From: Gemmatimonas sp.
Lineage (GTDB): Bacteria > Gemmatimonadota > Gemmatimonadetes > Gemmatimonadales > Gemmatimonadaceae
Assembly: GCA_965279375.1 (NCBI GenBank)
Contig: OZ257156.1
Span: 5,088,001-5,152,000 of the forward strand
Direction of reading: 5' to 3'
Length of the DNA stretch: 64,000 nucleotides
The position numbers and the translations under genes were made by a program. The notes beneath the pieces were generated by a model. That model saw nothing but the letters and a program-made list of their open reading frames with translations, did no database searches and had not been told where the DNA came from. Shown piece by piece: positions 1-9,791 of this stretch (its first letter is position 1; each line of letters begins with the position of its first letter).

Positions 1-381
1 GGCGATCCCACGGTCCCGCTCAACTCCTGCTACGTCCTCCGCACACCAGCGGTCGACGACGCCTGGGCACTCAGCGCACTCCTCGCCTCACCAGTCTGCC
101 AAGCCTGGCTCGACTGCCTCGCCGAACCCGCTCGCGGTGGATTCCGACGTTACCTCGGCTGGACAGTCGCCTCGCTCCCGCTGCCGCCCAACTGGCTTGC
201 GACGCGCGCCCCCCTCGCCGCACTCGGCCGACGCCTCCACGACTCGCGGATAGGGACACACGACGGACCACCACACGTCTCCGCCGAAGAACTCGTGGAC
301 GCCGCCGCCGACGCCTACGGCGTGCCCGTCTCATCGCTCCAACCACTCCTCGACTGGAACTCCCCGGAGCGCGACCCATGA
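1..381 (+). CDS. 3' end of a probable N6-adenine DNA methyltransferase / type IIG-like protein (TaqI-C-like specificity region), truncated by the window edge
   Basis: Frame +1 is open from base 1 to TGA 379-381 and is not in the ORF track. It reads ...VPLNSCYVL...ALSALLASP...EPARGGFRRYLGWTVASLPLP..., resembling the 'LLNS...GGYxR...LPIP' C-terminus of TaqI/Eco57I-type MTases. ATGA overlap with the next gene. Confidence 0.55.
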   Translation, partial: GDPTVPLNSCYVLRTPAVDDAWALSALLASPVCQAWLDCLAEPARGGFRRYLGWTVASLPLPPNWLATRAPLAALGRRLHDSRIGTHDGPPHVSAEELVDAAADAYGVPVSSLQPLLDWNSPERDP

Positions 382-2858
382 CGCGACACTCCCCTGCGAC
401 AGACAGCAAGTGGACCACAGGCGAGCTCCACGAAGTTCAACGCCTCATCGCCAACGCGCAAACACATCGCACGACACACACGTCCACGGCGACCCTCGGC
501 GAGATCACTCTCCGCCCTCACCAGACACACGCCCTCACACGCATTCGAAAGATCATCCGCGAATTCCACGGAGCCCTCCTCGCCGACGAAGTCGGACTCG
601 GCAAGACCTATGTCGCCCTCGCACTCGCCGCCGAATACGACCACACCGAGATCATCGCGCCCGCCCCGCTGCTCCCGATGTGGCGCAATGCCCTGCAACG
701 CACCGGACTCGCCCGGCTCACCCTGCTGTCCATGCACGCCTTCTCTCGACGCGGTGCTGCACCTCCCTGCTCGACAGACATCGATGCACCGCTCCACTCG
801 ACTCGCGACGTGATGAAGGCGGCCGCGCGCCGACTCGTCATCATCGACGAAGCACATCACCTCCGCACCCCCAACACACAACGCTATCGCGCCATCGCGG
901 ACCTCGTCGCCGGCAAAGACCTGCTCCTCCTCTCCGCCACACCCATTCACAACACCGCACACGACCTCAGACATCTGCTCGCACTCTTCGCGGGCTCTCG
1001 CTCGGACCTCCTCTCACCGACGATCCTCGCACAAGTCGTCGTTCGCTCGTCGACAGCACTCACAAGCACCGCCTCCACACCGCGCGTTCGCGAACACCCA
1101 GCCATTCGTGTCCCGCACGACCGCGCCACGCTCGACCAGATCCTGGCCCTCCCCGCCCCGCTCCCCGCACGCGACGGGGCCGTCGCCGGCGCCCTCATTC
1201 GACTCGGCCTCCTTCGCGCCTGGTGCTCCAGCGACGCCGCGCTCGCCAACCTGCTGCGCCGCCGTCTGCTTCGTGGCGATGCCCTCCGCGAAGCACTCCG
1301 CGCCGGACGACACCCCACCCACGCCGAACTCCGCACCTGGATCGTCGGCGATCACGAAGTCCAACTCGCCTTCCCCGAGCTCCTCACCACACACAGCACC
1401 CACAGCGAACCACTGCTGGCCGTGCTCGAAACTCACCTCGGCGCACTGCAATCACTCCTCGAACGCGTGCAGCGCACAGCCGTTGGTGACTCCGCGCGCG
1501 TACACGCGCTTCGCGACATCCTCGCAGATCACCCCAACACGCCCATCATCGCCTTCTCGCAGTTCACACACACGGTGCACGCGCTCTATCGCGCCCTCTC
1601 CGACATCGCCGGCGTCGGCGCGCTCACCGGAATGCACGCACGCATCGCCAGTGGACGCATCTCGCGCAGCGATGCCATCGCGCGCTTCGCCCCGGTTGCG
1701 CAGAACCGCCCTCCGCCCCCACCGCACCAAGCCATCCGACTGCTGCTCGCCACCGACCTGCTCGCCGAAGGCGTCAACCTCCAGGACGCAGGCGTCGTGG
1801 TCCACCTCGACCTCCCATGGACCGACGCCCTCACGCACCAACGCATCGGTCGGCTCGCTCCCATCGGTAGCCCACACCCGCTCATTCACGTCTATCGCAT
1901 CGCGCCACCGACGGCCGGTAATCGCGCACTCCGCCTCACGCAACGACTCCTGCACAAGGAGTCACTCGCTCACCAGCTCGTGGGAGCGCGCCTCGATCCC
2001 TCGGCACCCACACCACACCGCCTCCCTCACAGCCGCTCGGCGTTTCACGCGCAAAAGCCACCGCTCCGCACCAAGCACCCAAGTGCCGCTGACGCCGCGG
2101 CCGCACTCCACGACGTGCTCCGAACGTGGGCATCGCCACTGCACACTCCCGCCAAGCATGCGGAGACCAACGCTACAGCGATCGACCAATCGCCAACGCT
2201 CGTCGCGAGCGTCCCCGCTCGATGCGCTGGTTGGATCGCGCGTATCCATCGACACGGCGACACCGAAGTCATCACACACCTGCGCCGCACCGGCGCGAAT
2301 GACCTGCTGTTGTGGAAGGCGCTCTGCTCGCTGCACCCGCCCAATCCATCCCCACCATCCCCAGCGGCCCACAATCCATCCGCGCCGACGTCGTCTGCAG
2401 TGCAGAGGGCACTCGGCCAACTGCAACGCTTTCTCCGCGATCGCGAAACGTTGCATCTCGTCAGCGATCTGTCCGCTGGCATCACGCGCGACGCGTCACC
2501 GGCGCAGCTCGCCGCACGCACCTTACTGTCCGTCGTCACCTCTCGACTGCGTCCGCTGCAGCGGCGCATGCTCGCTGAGCCACTGCGCGACGCCAATGCG
2601 CTGATCGACCGCTGCATCGGCGTCGGCGCGGAGCGGGCGTTGGCGGACTGGATCGCATCGGCGCCTGCCGAAATCGGCGAGCTGCCTCGCTGGCTCGGAT
2701 CTTGGCGCAGTTCGCCCGTCCTGCGACGCATCGCGCCGCCGACGGGGAGGTACGGAGAATCGCCACCCGCTGACGGCGTCGTCAGAACGGATGATCCCGT
2801 CCGCGTGTCGGCCCTGCTGCTGCTGCGCCCCCTCTCCGGGCGGCGCCGAGTACGCTGA
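378..2858 (+). CDS. SNF2-like superfamily 2 helicase/ATPase
   Basis: Motifs LADEVGLGKT (I), IIDEAH (II), LLLSATP (III), FSQF (IV), TDLLAEGVNLQ (V), QRIGRL (VI). Confidence 0.85.
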   Translation: MTRHSPATDSKWTTGELHEVQRLIANAQTHRTTHTSTATLGEITLRPHQTHALTRIRKIIREFHGALLADEVGLGKTYVALALAAEYDHTEIIAPAPLLPMWRNALQRTGLARLTLLSMHAFSRRGAAPPCSTDIDAPLHSTRDVMKAAARRLVIIDEAHHLRTPNTQRYRAIADLVAGKDLLLLSATPIHNTAHDLRHLLALFAGSRSDLLSPTILAQVVVRSSTALTSTASTPRVREHPAIRVPHDRATLDQILALPAPLPARDGAVAGALIRLGLLRAWCSSDAALANLLRRRLLRGDALREALRAGRHPTHAELRTWIVGDHEVQLAFPELLTTHSTHSEPLLAVLETHLGALQSLLERVQRTAVGDSARVHALRDILADHPNTPIIAFSQFTHTVHALYRALSDIAGVGALTGMHARIASGRISRSDAIARFAPVAQNRPPPPPHQAIRLLLATDLLAEGVNLQDAGVVVHLDLPWTDALTHQRIGRLAPIGSPHPLIHVYRIAPPTAGNRALRLTQRLLHKESLAHQLVGARLDPSAPTPHRLPHSRSAFHAQKPPLRTKHPSAADAAAALHDVLRTWASPLHTPAKHAETNATAIDQSPTLVASVPARCAGWIARIHRHGDTEVITHLRRTGANDLLLWKALCSLHPPNPSPPSPAAHNPSAPTSSAVQRALGQLQRFLRDRETLHLVSDLSAGITRDASPAQLAARTLLSVVTSRLRPLQRRMLAEPLRDANALIDRCIGVGAERALADWIASAPAEIGELPRWLGSWRSSPVLRRIAPPTGRYGESPPADGVVRTDDPVRVSALLLLRPLSGRRRVR

Positions 2859-2920
2859 TCGGAGAACGCTGATCGGAGAACGCTGATCGGAGAACGCTGA
2901 TCGGAGAACGCTGATCGGAG
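2852..2920. repeat. Tandem repeat, about 5 copies of the 14-bp unit ACGCTGATCGGAGA
   Basis: Units at 2852, 2866, 2880, 2894 and 2908 (last one 13/14). The first unit supplies the helicase TGA stop. Confidence 0.95.
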
Positions 2921-2967
2921 GCGCTGAGTCGACGTGCCGTAGACGAAGGCGGTCGTTATGCTCCGGG

Positions 2968-3633
2968 ATGACACGAATCGCCTTGTTGTTCGACCTCGAC
3001 GGTACGCTGATCGACTCGATCGGGCTTCTACTCGAATGCGCGGAGTTCGCCTTCGAAGGACGCAATCCGGCCCCAACCCGCGAGCAGTGGGTCGCCGGCA
3101 TCGGCACGCCGCTGCGCACCCAGCTCGCCGAATGGGCAGTCGACGACGCCGACGCTGACGCGTTGGTCGCGAAGTACCGCGAGTACCAGGACCGCCACCT
3201 CGAGCGGCTCACCACGCCGTATCCCGGCGCGCTCGACGTGCTCGCGTGGGCGCGTGCCGCCGGCCACGCCACCGGCCTCGTCACCAGCAAGGGCCGCATC
3301 ATGACGACCCGCTCGTTGGCCCACGTCGGGCTGGCCGATGCCTTCGACACGGTCGTGACCTACGAGGAGACCACGCGCCACAAGCCGTTGGCCGATCCGG
3401 TACTGCTCGCCCTCGACCGGCTGGGCATTCCTGTCGAGCGCGCCCTCTTCGTGGGCGACTCACCGCACGACATGTTCTCGGGACGCGCCGCGGGAACCCG
3501 CACCGCCGCCGCCACCTGGGGGCCTTTCACCCGAGAGGAACTCGCCCCCGCGCAGCCGACCATCTGGCTGGGCAGCCTCGGGGAGCTCCCCGGAGCTCTC
3601 GCGGAACTGGACTTCAAACCCTTTGTTGGGTGA
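2968..3633 (+). CDS. HAD-superfamily hydrolase (PpaX/phosphoglycolate phosphatase-like)
   Basis: FDLDGTL motif I, VTSK motif II, HKP motif III, VGDSPHD motif IV. Confidence 0.9.
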   Translation: MTRIALLFDLDGTLIDSIGLLLECAEFAFEGRNPAPTREQWVAGIGTPLRTQLAEWAVDDADADALVAKYREYQDRHLERLTTPYPGALDVLAWARAAGHATGLVTSKGRIMTTRSLAHVGLADAFDTVVTYEETTRHKPLADPVLLALDRLGIPVERALFVGDSPHDMFSGRAAGTRTAAATWGPFTREELAPAQPTIWLGSLGELPGALAELDFKPFVG

Positions 3634-3669
3634 GCCGGTCCAACCCGGTGCACTCTCCACTGGGTCCTC

Positions 3670-4263
3670 ATGCTCGCGCTCCTCGTGACGTCACCTGTCG
3701 CTCCCAACCGCTCGATGTCAGCTCCGGTATCGGCCACTGTGCCGGCCCCGCTGCCGCCTGACGTCGCCGCGGCAGCCAGCGGCGATCGCGGGGCCTTCGA
3801 GCGGCTCTATCGGGAACACGTGGAGCGTGTGTTTTCGCTCGGGGTTCGCATGCTCGGCGATCGGATGCTGGCCGAAGAAGTCACGCAGGATGTGTTCGTG
3901 CGCGTCTGGCAGAAGCTGCCGGGGTTTCGCGGCGAATCCGCGTTCGCCACGTGGCTGCATCGGGTGGCGGTCAACGTCATCCTGACGCGTCGAAAGACCG
4001 CAGCAGGACGCATCGACCGCACGACAGACGACGACAGCGCGATCGACCTCGCGCCCACGCGGTCGGTCTCCGTCGGCGATCGGCTCGACCTCGAATCCGC
4101 CATCGCCTCGCTTCCGCGTGGTGCGCGACAGGTCTTCGTCCTGCACGACGTCGAAGGCTTTACGCACGAGGAGATCGGCGAGCAGATGGGCATCACTTCC
4201 GGTGGGAGCAAGGCGCAGCTGCATCGCGCCCGCATGCTCCTCCGCACGGCACTCTCGCGATGA
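3670..4263 (+). CDS. ECF RNA polymerase sigma-70 factor
   Basis: GDRGAFERLY, AEEVTQDVFVRVW, FATWLHRVAVN and region 4 VFVLHDVEGFTHEEIG...SKAQLHRAR. Start may be ATG 3715. Confidence 0.92.
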   Translation: MLALLVTSPVAPNRSMSAPVSATVPAPLPPDVAAAASGDRGAFERLYREHVERVFSLGVRMLGDRMLAEEVTQDVFVRVWQKLPGFRGESAFATWLHRVAVNVILTRRKTAAGRIDRTTDDDSAIDLAPTRSVSVGDRLDLESAIASLPRGARQVFVLHDVEGFTHEEIGEQMGITSGGSKAQLHRARMLLRTALSR

Positions 4264-4309
4264 CGACGATCCGCCGCCACCGCTGCTGCACCCTTGTTCC
4301 GGCCTCTCT

Positions 4310-5098
4310 ATGACCGAACTCAACGCACCCCCACAGCACACCGCGGACGACTGCCAGCGCTTCGAGCTCGAGCTGTCGGACTTTCTCGAAGGCACGCTCG
4401 CGCCGACGCAGCGCGACGCATTCGACGCGCACCGCCGCCGCTGTGCCGCCTGCGATGCACTGGTAAACGACCTCGAAGCGCTGGTGGTGAATGCGCGCGC
4501 GCTGCCGCCGCTCACACCGTCGCACGATCTCTGGAGCGGAATCGCCAAGCGTCTCGACACAGACGTCACACCGCTCCCACTCCGTACCACAGCCACCACC
4601 ACGACATCGGTCGCGCAGCGCTCCTTCTCCGTCCGCACACTCGCCATCGCCGCGGCGTTGCTCGTCGCGGTGACGTCGGGCGTGACCTGGCGTCTGGCGC
4701 GCGTGCAGCGCACACCCGGTCTGCGCACCAACACACTCGCAACGACACCCACGACGGTGCCGGCCGAGAACGCGATCCGCGCCGAGGATACGGTGAGCGC
4801 ACCGCCCGTGGTGGACGCGCCTGTGCCGACGCGTCTCGTGGCGAGCTCGCCTGCTGAAGTGGACGACATCTACGAGCGTGAGATCTCGGCACTCCGCACC
4901 GTGGTGGACGAACGCTTCACCGAACTCGACTCCGCCACCGTCGTCGCGCTGAGGCGCAACCTCGCCATCATCGACGCCGCCATCGCGGATAGCCGTCGCG
5001 CGCTGCGGCGCGACCCGCGCAGTCGGTTGCTCAGTTCGCAGCTCGACCGCGCCATTGAAACCAAGCTCGCGCTGATGCGGCGCGTGGCCTTGCTGTGA
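4310..5098 (+). CDS. Zinc-finger (zf-HC2) membrane anti-sigma factor
   Basis: HRRRCAAC (HxxxCxxC) motif, one TM segment, directly downstream of the ECF sigma. ATG at 4310. Confidence 0.8.
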   Translation: MTELNAPPQHTADDCQRFELELSDFLEGTLAPTQRDAFDAHRRRCAACDALVNDLEALVVNARALPPLTPSHDLWSGIAKRLDTDVTPLPLRTTATTTTSVAQRSFSVRTLAIAAALLVAVTSGVTWRLARVQRTPGLRTNTLATTPTTVPAENAIRAEDTVSAPPVVDAPVPTRLVASSPAEVDDIYEREISALRTVVDERFTELDSATVVALRRNLAIIDAAIADSRRALRRDPRSRLLSSQLDRAIETKLALMRRVALL

Positions 5099-6024
5099 TC
5101 GTCAACATGCGTCGATTCGTCTTCACCCTCGTCGGCCTGCTTGCCGTATCGATGCCAGCGCGCGCGCACGCGCAGGCCGCCGACACCTCCTTCTCGCTGC
5201 CACGCAACGCCGTCGTGGACATCACGCTTCGCAGTCGCGATCTGATCGTGCGCGGCACGGACCGGAGCGCTGCGGAACTGCGCGGAGGCGACGATCGCTA
5301 CAGCATCCGGGCGTCGGGCGTCGGCGTCATCATCGAACCGCGTGACGAACGCTCCCGATCGCGAGCCCGCGGTCGCGACAACAGCGACGGTGCACTCGAG
5401 CTCTTGGTGCCGCGCGGGGTGCGCGTCGTCATCTCCGCCGGCACCGCCGACGTTACCGTCGACGACATCGCGGGTGATGTCGAGGTGCATTCACTGAGCG
5501 GCGACGTCGAGCTGCGCGCGATCGGTGGCCGAGCGATTGTGGAAACGCTCTCGGGGGAGGTGCGCCTGTCCGAGGGAGCCAACGGCGCGCGCGTCACCAC
5601 GATGAGCGGTGACATCACGCTCGGCGGCGTTCGCGGCACGGCGGACCTGCACACCACCAGCGGTGACGTCTCACTCGGAGTCGTGCGCGCCACGCAAGTG
5701 CAGATCGAGACCGTCAGCGGCGAGATTGATCTCGATGGCGACCTGGCCGACGGCGCGCGCGTGCAGCTCACGTCGCACTCGGGTGACGTGTCGGTGCGCA
5801 TCCCCGAGAGCGCGCATGGCGTGATGGAGATGTCCACGTTCAGCGGCGATCTCTCCGCCAATCGCCCGCTCTCGATGATGGCCGGCACGGCGCTGTCCGG
5901 CAATCGGAGTGAGCGCGGAACGAAGCGCTACGAGTTCGGTGGCGGTGGTACCACGCGCGTGATCATCACCACGTTCAACGGGGACGTGCAGTTCGACCGC
6001 AGCGGCGCGCGCTCTCCAGACTAG
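5095..6024 (+). CDS. Secreted DUF4097 / adhesin-like beta-strand repeat protein
   Basis: Signal peptide (...AHAQ) and repeated T-x-SG-D/E-V/I motifs. Confidence 0.8.
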   Translation: MIVNMRRFVFTLVGLLAVSMPARAHAQAADTSFSLPRNAVVDITLRSRDLIVRGTDRSAAELRGGDDRYSIRASGVGVIIEPRDERSRSRARGRDNSDGALELLVPRGVRVVISAGTADVTVDDIAGDVEVHSLSGDVELRAIGGRAIVETLSGEVRLSEGANGARVTTMSGDITLGGVRGTADLHTTSGDVSLGVVRATQVQIETVSGEIDLDGDLADGARVQLTSHSGDVSVRIPESAHGVMEMSTFSGDLSANRPLSMMAGTALSGNRSERGTKRYEFGGGGTTRVIITTFNGDVQFDRSGARSPD

Positions 6025-6069
6025 CATCTCGACCGACCCGCACCGCTACCACTCACCTTCGAGCGTCTC

Positions 6070-6921
6070 ATGACTCTTGCATCGATCACGGCCCGCTTCA
6101 CTCCCCGTATGACATCGCGCGCACTCTGTGCGGCGCTCGCTCTGCTCGCTGCGACCGCGCCGGCGAGCGCGTCGGCGCAGGACCGCGACCAGAAGCGCGA
6201 CAACGCGTTCACCTGGACCGGGACGGTCGCCTCCGGCAAGCGCATCCTCGTCAAGAACATCAACGGCGCCATTCACGTGGAGCACAGCTCGAGCGGACGC
6301 GTGGAAGTCACGGCGGAAAAATCGTGGCGGCGCGGCAACCCCGAAGACGTGCGCATCGTGCAGCGACAGACAGACGGCAACGACATCCTCGTCTGTGCGC
6401 TCTGGAACGAAGAGAGTCGTTGCGATGAAAACGGGATTCACACCGAGCGGAAGTCCCGCTGGAACGATCGCAACGACGTGTCGGTGCGTTTCGTCGTGCG
6501 GGTGCCTGATGGTGTGCGCGTTGACATCTCCACCGTCAACGGCGGACTCGAAGTCAGCGGCGTCACCACCGACGTCCGCGCGTCCACCGTCAACGGCAGC
6601 ATCGACGCACAGAGCGCAGGCGGTCCCGTCCGCGCGACGACGGTCAACGGTAGCATTCGCGTCGCGATGGGCTCACTCGGCAGCGCCGACGATCTCGAAT
6701 ACGAAACCGTCAATGGCTCCGTCACCATCGAACTGCCCGACAACTTCGGGGCCCAGCTCGATCTCTCCACGGTCAACGGACGCGTGTCCACCAGCTTTCC
6801 CGTCACCATCTCGGGCACCGTGTCGCCTCGCCGACTTCGCGCCACGGTTGGCAACGGCAGCACCCGACTGCGCGCCAGCACGGTCAACGGCAGCATCACG
6901 CTGCGTCGCGGGGACCGATAG
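6070..6921 (+). CDS. Secreted DUF4097 beta-strand repeat protein
   Basis: Signal peptide (...ASAQ) and repeated STVNGSI motifs. Confidence 0.82.
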   Translation: MTLASITARFTPRMTSRALCAALALLAATAPASASAQDRDQKRDNAFTWTGTVASGKRILVKNINGAIHVEHSSSGRVEVTAEKSWRRGNPEDVRIVQRQTDGNDILVCALWNEESRCDENGIHTERKSRWNDRNDVSVRFVVRVPDGVRVDISTVNGGLEVSGVTTDVRASTVNGSIDAQSAGGPVRATTVNGSIRVAMGSLGSADDLEYETVNGSVTIELPDNFGAQLDLSTVNGRVSTSFPVTISGTVSPRRLRATVGNGSTRLRASTVNGSITLRRGDR

Positions 6922-6931
6922 CCGCACAACG

Positions 6932-7216
6932 CTACGTCGCGGCCAGCGCCTCGATCGCCTTCGCCAGTTCGAAATCCTTCACGGTGATGCCGCCTGCGTC
7001 GTGCGTGCTCAGGACGAAATTCACCTTGGTGTAGCGGATATCGATGTCGGGATGGTGCGCCATCTCCTCCGCGATATCCGCCACCTTGCCGATGAACGCG
7101 ATCCCATCGGAGAACGTCGCGAAGTGATAGCTCTTCTGGAGCGTATCGCCCTTGCGCGACCAGCCAGGCAACGCGCCAAGCCCCCGCTGTATTTCGATGT
7201 CGGAGAGGGGAGTCAT
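6932..7216 (-). CDS. phhB: Pterin-4-alpha-carbinolamine dehydratase
   Basis: HHPDI and LSTHDAGGIT.KDFELA signature, about 94 aa. Confidence 0.88.
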   Translation of the reverse strand: MTPLSDIEIQRGLGALPGWSRKGDTLQKSYHFATFSDGIAFIGKVADIAEEMAHHPDIDIRYTKVNFVLSTHDAGGITVKDFELAKAIEALAAT

Positions 7217-7328
7217 ATGCCGCATAGGTTAGAGCGTCCAGACGGCGATGACAATGCGTGCGACCAAACCAGAACGAACTCGTGCCGGATTCGTCGTCCT
7301 TTCGGGAATCCGCTGCGCACGCATCGGC

Positions 7329-9659
7329 TCATCCTTCCAGCACGCTCCGCACCTGCTCCTCGAGCTCTTCCGCGCGGAACGGTTTCTGAACGAACCCGGC
7401 GAGCCCCTTGCCGACAAAGTGTGTTGTCACATTCTGTGCGTTGTAGCCGCTCATCAGCAGCACACGCACAGTCGGATCGATCATGCGCAGCTGACGGAAC
7501 GTTTCCTCACCATCCATGCGTGGCATGGTCAGATCGAGCAGGGTCAGGCAGATGCGCTCTCGCTCCTGCCTGTACACCTCGAGGCCCATGATGCCGTCGG
7601 CCGCCTCGAGGACGTCAAAACCGCGGCGCTCCAGCACGCTGCGCGTCACACGTCGCACTGCCGGCTCATCGTCGATCACCAGCACGGTGCCCGCCCCGCG
7701 CCAGCCAGTCACCGGTGTCGAACTCCGACGCTCCGCTACCGGCTGATCGCTCGCCGGAAAGAACAGCTTGAACGTGGTCCCCTTGCCCGGCTCGGAGTAC
7801 ACGCGAATCGCACCCTGATGCCCCTGCACGATGCCGCGCGCCGCCGCGAGGCCAAGACCGCGCCCCGTGAACTTGGTCGTGAAGAACGGATCGAAAATGC
7901 GTCCGACGGTCTCGGCATCCATGCCGACGCCCGTATCGCACACTTCGAGGAACACGTACGCGCCATCGTTCAGCGGCTCCCCGCCCAGCATGCTCGCACG
8001 GTAGGTCGCATCGACCTCCTGTAGCCCTGTACGCAACACGATCGAGCCCGGCCGATCCTCCAGCGCATCGGATGCATTGGCGAGCAGGTTCATCACCACC
8101 TGCCGCACCTGTGTCGCATCGGCAGCAATCGACGGGAGTCCACGCGCCAGATCGAGATGCAACTCCGCCTTGCGACTCATCGCCGATCGCGCGAGGGTCA
8201 GCATCTCTTCCACCACCTGCGACATCGACACCGGTTCCACCACGAAACGGCCCTTCCCCGCGTACGCCAACAGCTGTCGCGTGAGATCCGACGCGCGCTG
8301 CGCCGCTCCTTCGATATCGACCAGCAAGCTGCGATTGGCCCCGTTCGGTGGGGACTCCACCAAGGCCAGACTCACATTGCCCAGGATGCCGACGAGCAGG
8401 TTGTTGAAGTCGTGCGCAATGCCGCCGGCGAGCACGCCCAGACTCTCGAGCTTCTGCGCGTCCTGCAGCTGCCGCTCCAACTGGCGCCGCTCCTCCTCGA
8501 TGCGCATCTCGTCGGTCCGATCACGCACACACCCCACCACGCGTCGCATCGTGCCATCGGCATCACGCTCGATATTCGCAATCGACGTGAAGTGACGCCA
8601 ACTCCCGTCGGCATGGCGCATCCGGTAGCGCATCTCGAAACCAGCTCCCGAGACGAACGCCGCCTGGCTCGCCTGTCGCACGCCCGGCAGGTCGTCCGGA
8701 TGCACCAATCCCAGCACGTTCGCGCGAATCGGATTGAATTCCGCCGGATCGAGTCCCAGCAGATCGTAGTACTCCGGCGACCAGCTGATCGCTTCCTTTG
8801 TCAGATCCCACACGTAGTTCGCCATACGTGCGATGCGGAACGCCTGCTGCAGGTCGCGCTTGTCGCGCTCCGCTGCTTGCTCCAGCATCACCCGCTCGGT
8901 GATGTCCTGCAGTGTGCCGAACAGCCGCACGACGCGCCCTTCGGCATCGTGTTCGATCGCGGCGAGCGCATGACAGATGCGCGTGCTCCCATCGCGCGGA
9001 CGCATGCGCAACACGATGTCGTAGGGCGCGCCCGTCTCCAGCGTGCGCGTAAGCGCGGCCCAGTTGGCGGCCACGTCATCCGGATGCACGAAATCATCCA
9101 TGCGCGCCGTTCGTGGCCGATAGTCATCCTCGAAGGCCAGCAGGCGGTATGTCTCCTCCGACCACTCCACCGTGTCGGTGGCGATCTCCCATGACCAACT
9201 GCCGACGCGCGCAATCTCCTGCGCCCGCGCCAGCTCACGCTCACCGCGCGCCAGCTTGACTTGCTGCGCCCGACGCTGCGTCACGTCTGTGAGCTGCACG
9301 GCCAGCCCGATGTCGATGGGATACGCCGTGATCTCGAACCAGCGATCCAGCGGCGCGAAGTAATCCTCTACGCGCACCAACTCCTGCTGCGCCACCGCGC
9401 GCCGGTAGGCCACCTCGAAGACGCTGCCTACGGCCCCGGGAAACTCGTGCCACAGGTTCTTGCCGATCAATTCCGCCGCCGTGCGCTGCACCAAGCGCGC
9501 ACCCTCGGCGTTGATGAACGCCACGCGCCACTCCCGGTCAAGCGCCAGAATTGCGACCGGCGCGAACTCCACCATTTGATAGAGCACGCGGGCATCGAGC
9601 CCGGTACTCGGCAGTTGCAGTGACTCCAATGCGGTGCGCCCTCTGGAATGGCCGGACAT
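7329..9659 (-). CDS. Multi-PAS hybrid sensor histidine kinase with C-terminal receiver
   Basis: Three PAS/PAC-like segments (VHPDD), H-box GIAHDFNN, FDPFFTTK and GRGLGLA ATP lid, receiver (VIDDE, LLDLTMP, QKPF). Confidence 0.92.
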   Translation of the reverse strand: MSGHSRGRTALESLQLPSTGLDARVLYQMVEFAPVAILALDREWRVAFINAEGARLVQRTAAELIGKNLWHEFPGAVGSVFEVAYRRAVAQQELVRVEDYFAPLDRWFEITAYPIDIGLAVQLTDVTQRRAQQVKLARGERELARAQEIARVGSWSWEIATDTVEWSEETYRLLAFEDDYRPRTARMDDFVHPDDVAANWAALTRTLETGAPYDIVLRMRPRDGSTRICHALAAIEHDAEGRVVRLFGTLQDITERVMLEQAAERDKRDLQQAFRIARMANYVWDLTKEAISWSPEYYDLLGLDPAEFNPIRANVLGLVHPDDLPGVRQASQAAFVSGAGFEMRYRMRHADGSWRHFTSIANIERDADGTMRRVVGCVRDRTDEMRIEEERRQLERQLQDAQKLESLGVLAGGIAHDFNNLLVGILGNVSLALVESPPNGANRSLLVDIEGAAQRASDLTRQLLAYAGKGRFVVEPVSMSQVVEEMLTLARSAMSRKAELHLDLARGLPSIAADATQVRQVVMNLLANASDALEDRPGSIVLRTGLQEVDATYRASMLGGEPLNDGAYVFLEVCDTGVGMDAETVGRIFDPFFTTKFTGRGLGLAAARGIVQGHQGAIRVYSEPGKGTTFKLFFPASDQPVAERRSSTPVTGWRGAGTVLVIDDEPAVRRVTRSVLERRGFDVLEAADGIMGLEVYRQERERICLTLLDLTMPRMDGEETFRQLRMIDPTVRVLLMSGYNAQNVTTHFVGKGLAGFVQKPFRAEELEEQVRSVLEG

Positions 9660-9755
9660 GCCTGCAGGTGCGATTGCAAGATACGTCCGGGCACTCCCGC
9701 CGGCTTATCCCATCCCAGCAGCTGCCGGCCGTCAAGGACTAGCCTTCGCCCATTT

Positions 9756-9773
9756 CTTCGGTATTTATTCGGT
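9756..9773 (+). promoter_or_regulatory. Direct-repeat box CTTCGGT-ATTTA-TTCGGT upstream of imuA (candidate DNA-damage regulator site)
   Basis: 18 bp before imuA ATG 9792. A 16/18 identical copy lies at 17121-17138. An extra TTCG half-site lies at 9745. Confidence 0.6.
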
Positions 9774-9791
9774 TGTCATCCAATACACCCC

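Noticed and set aside
2852..2920. CRISPR array
   Set aside because: Units are 14 bp and contiguous, with no spacers and no cas genes.
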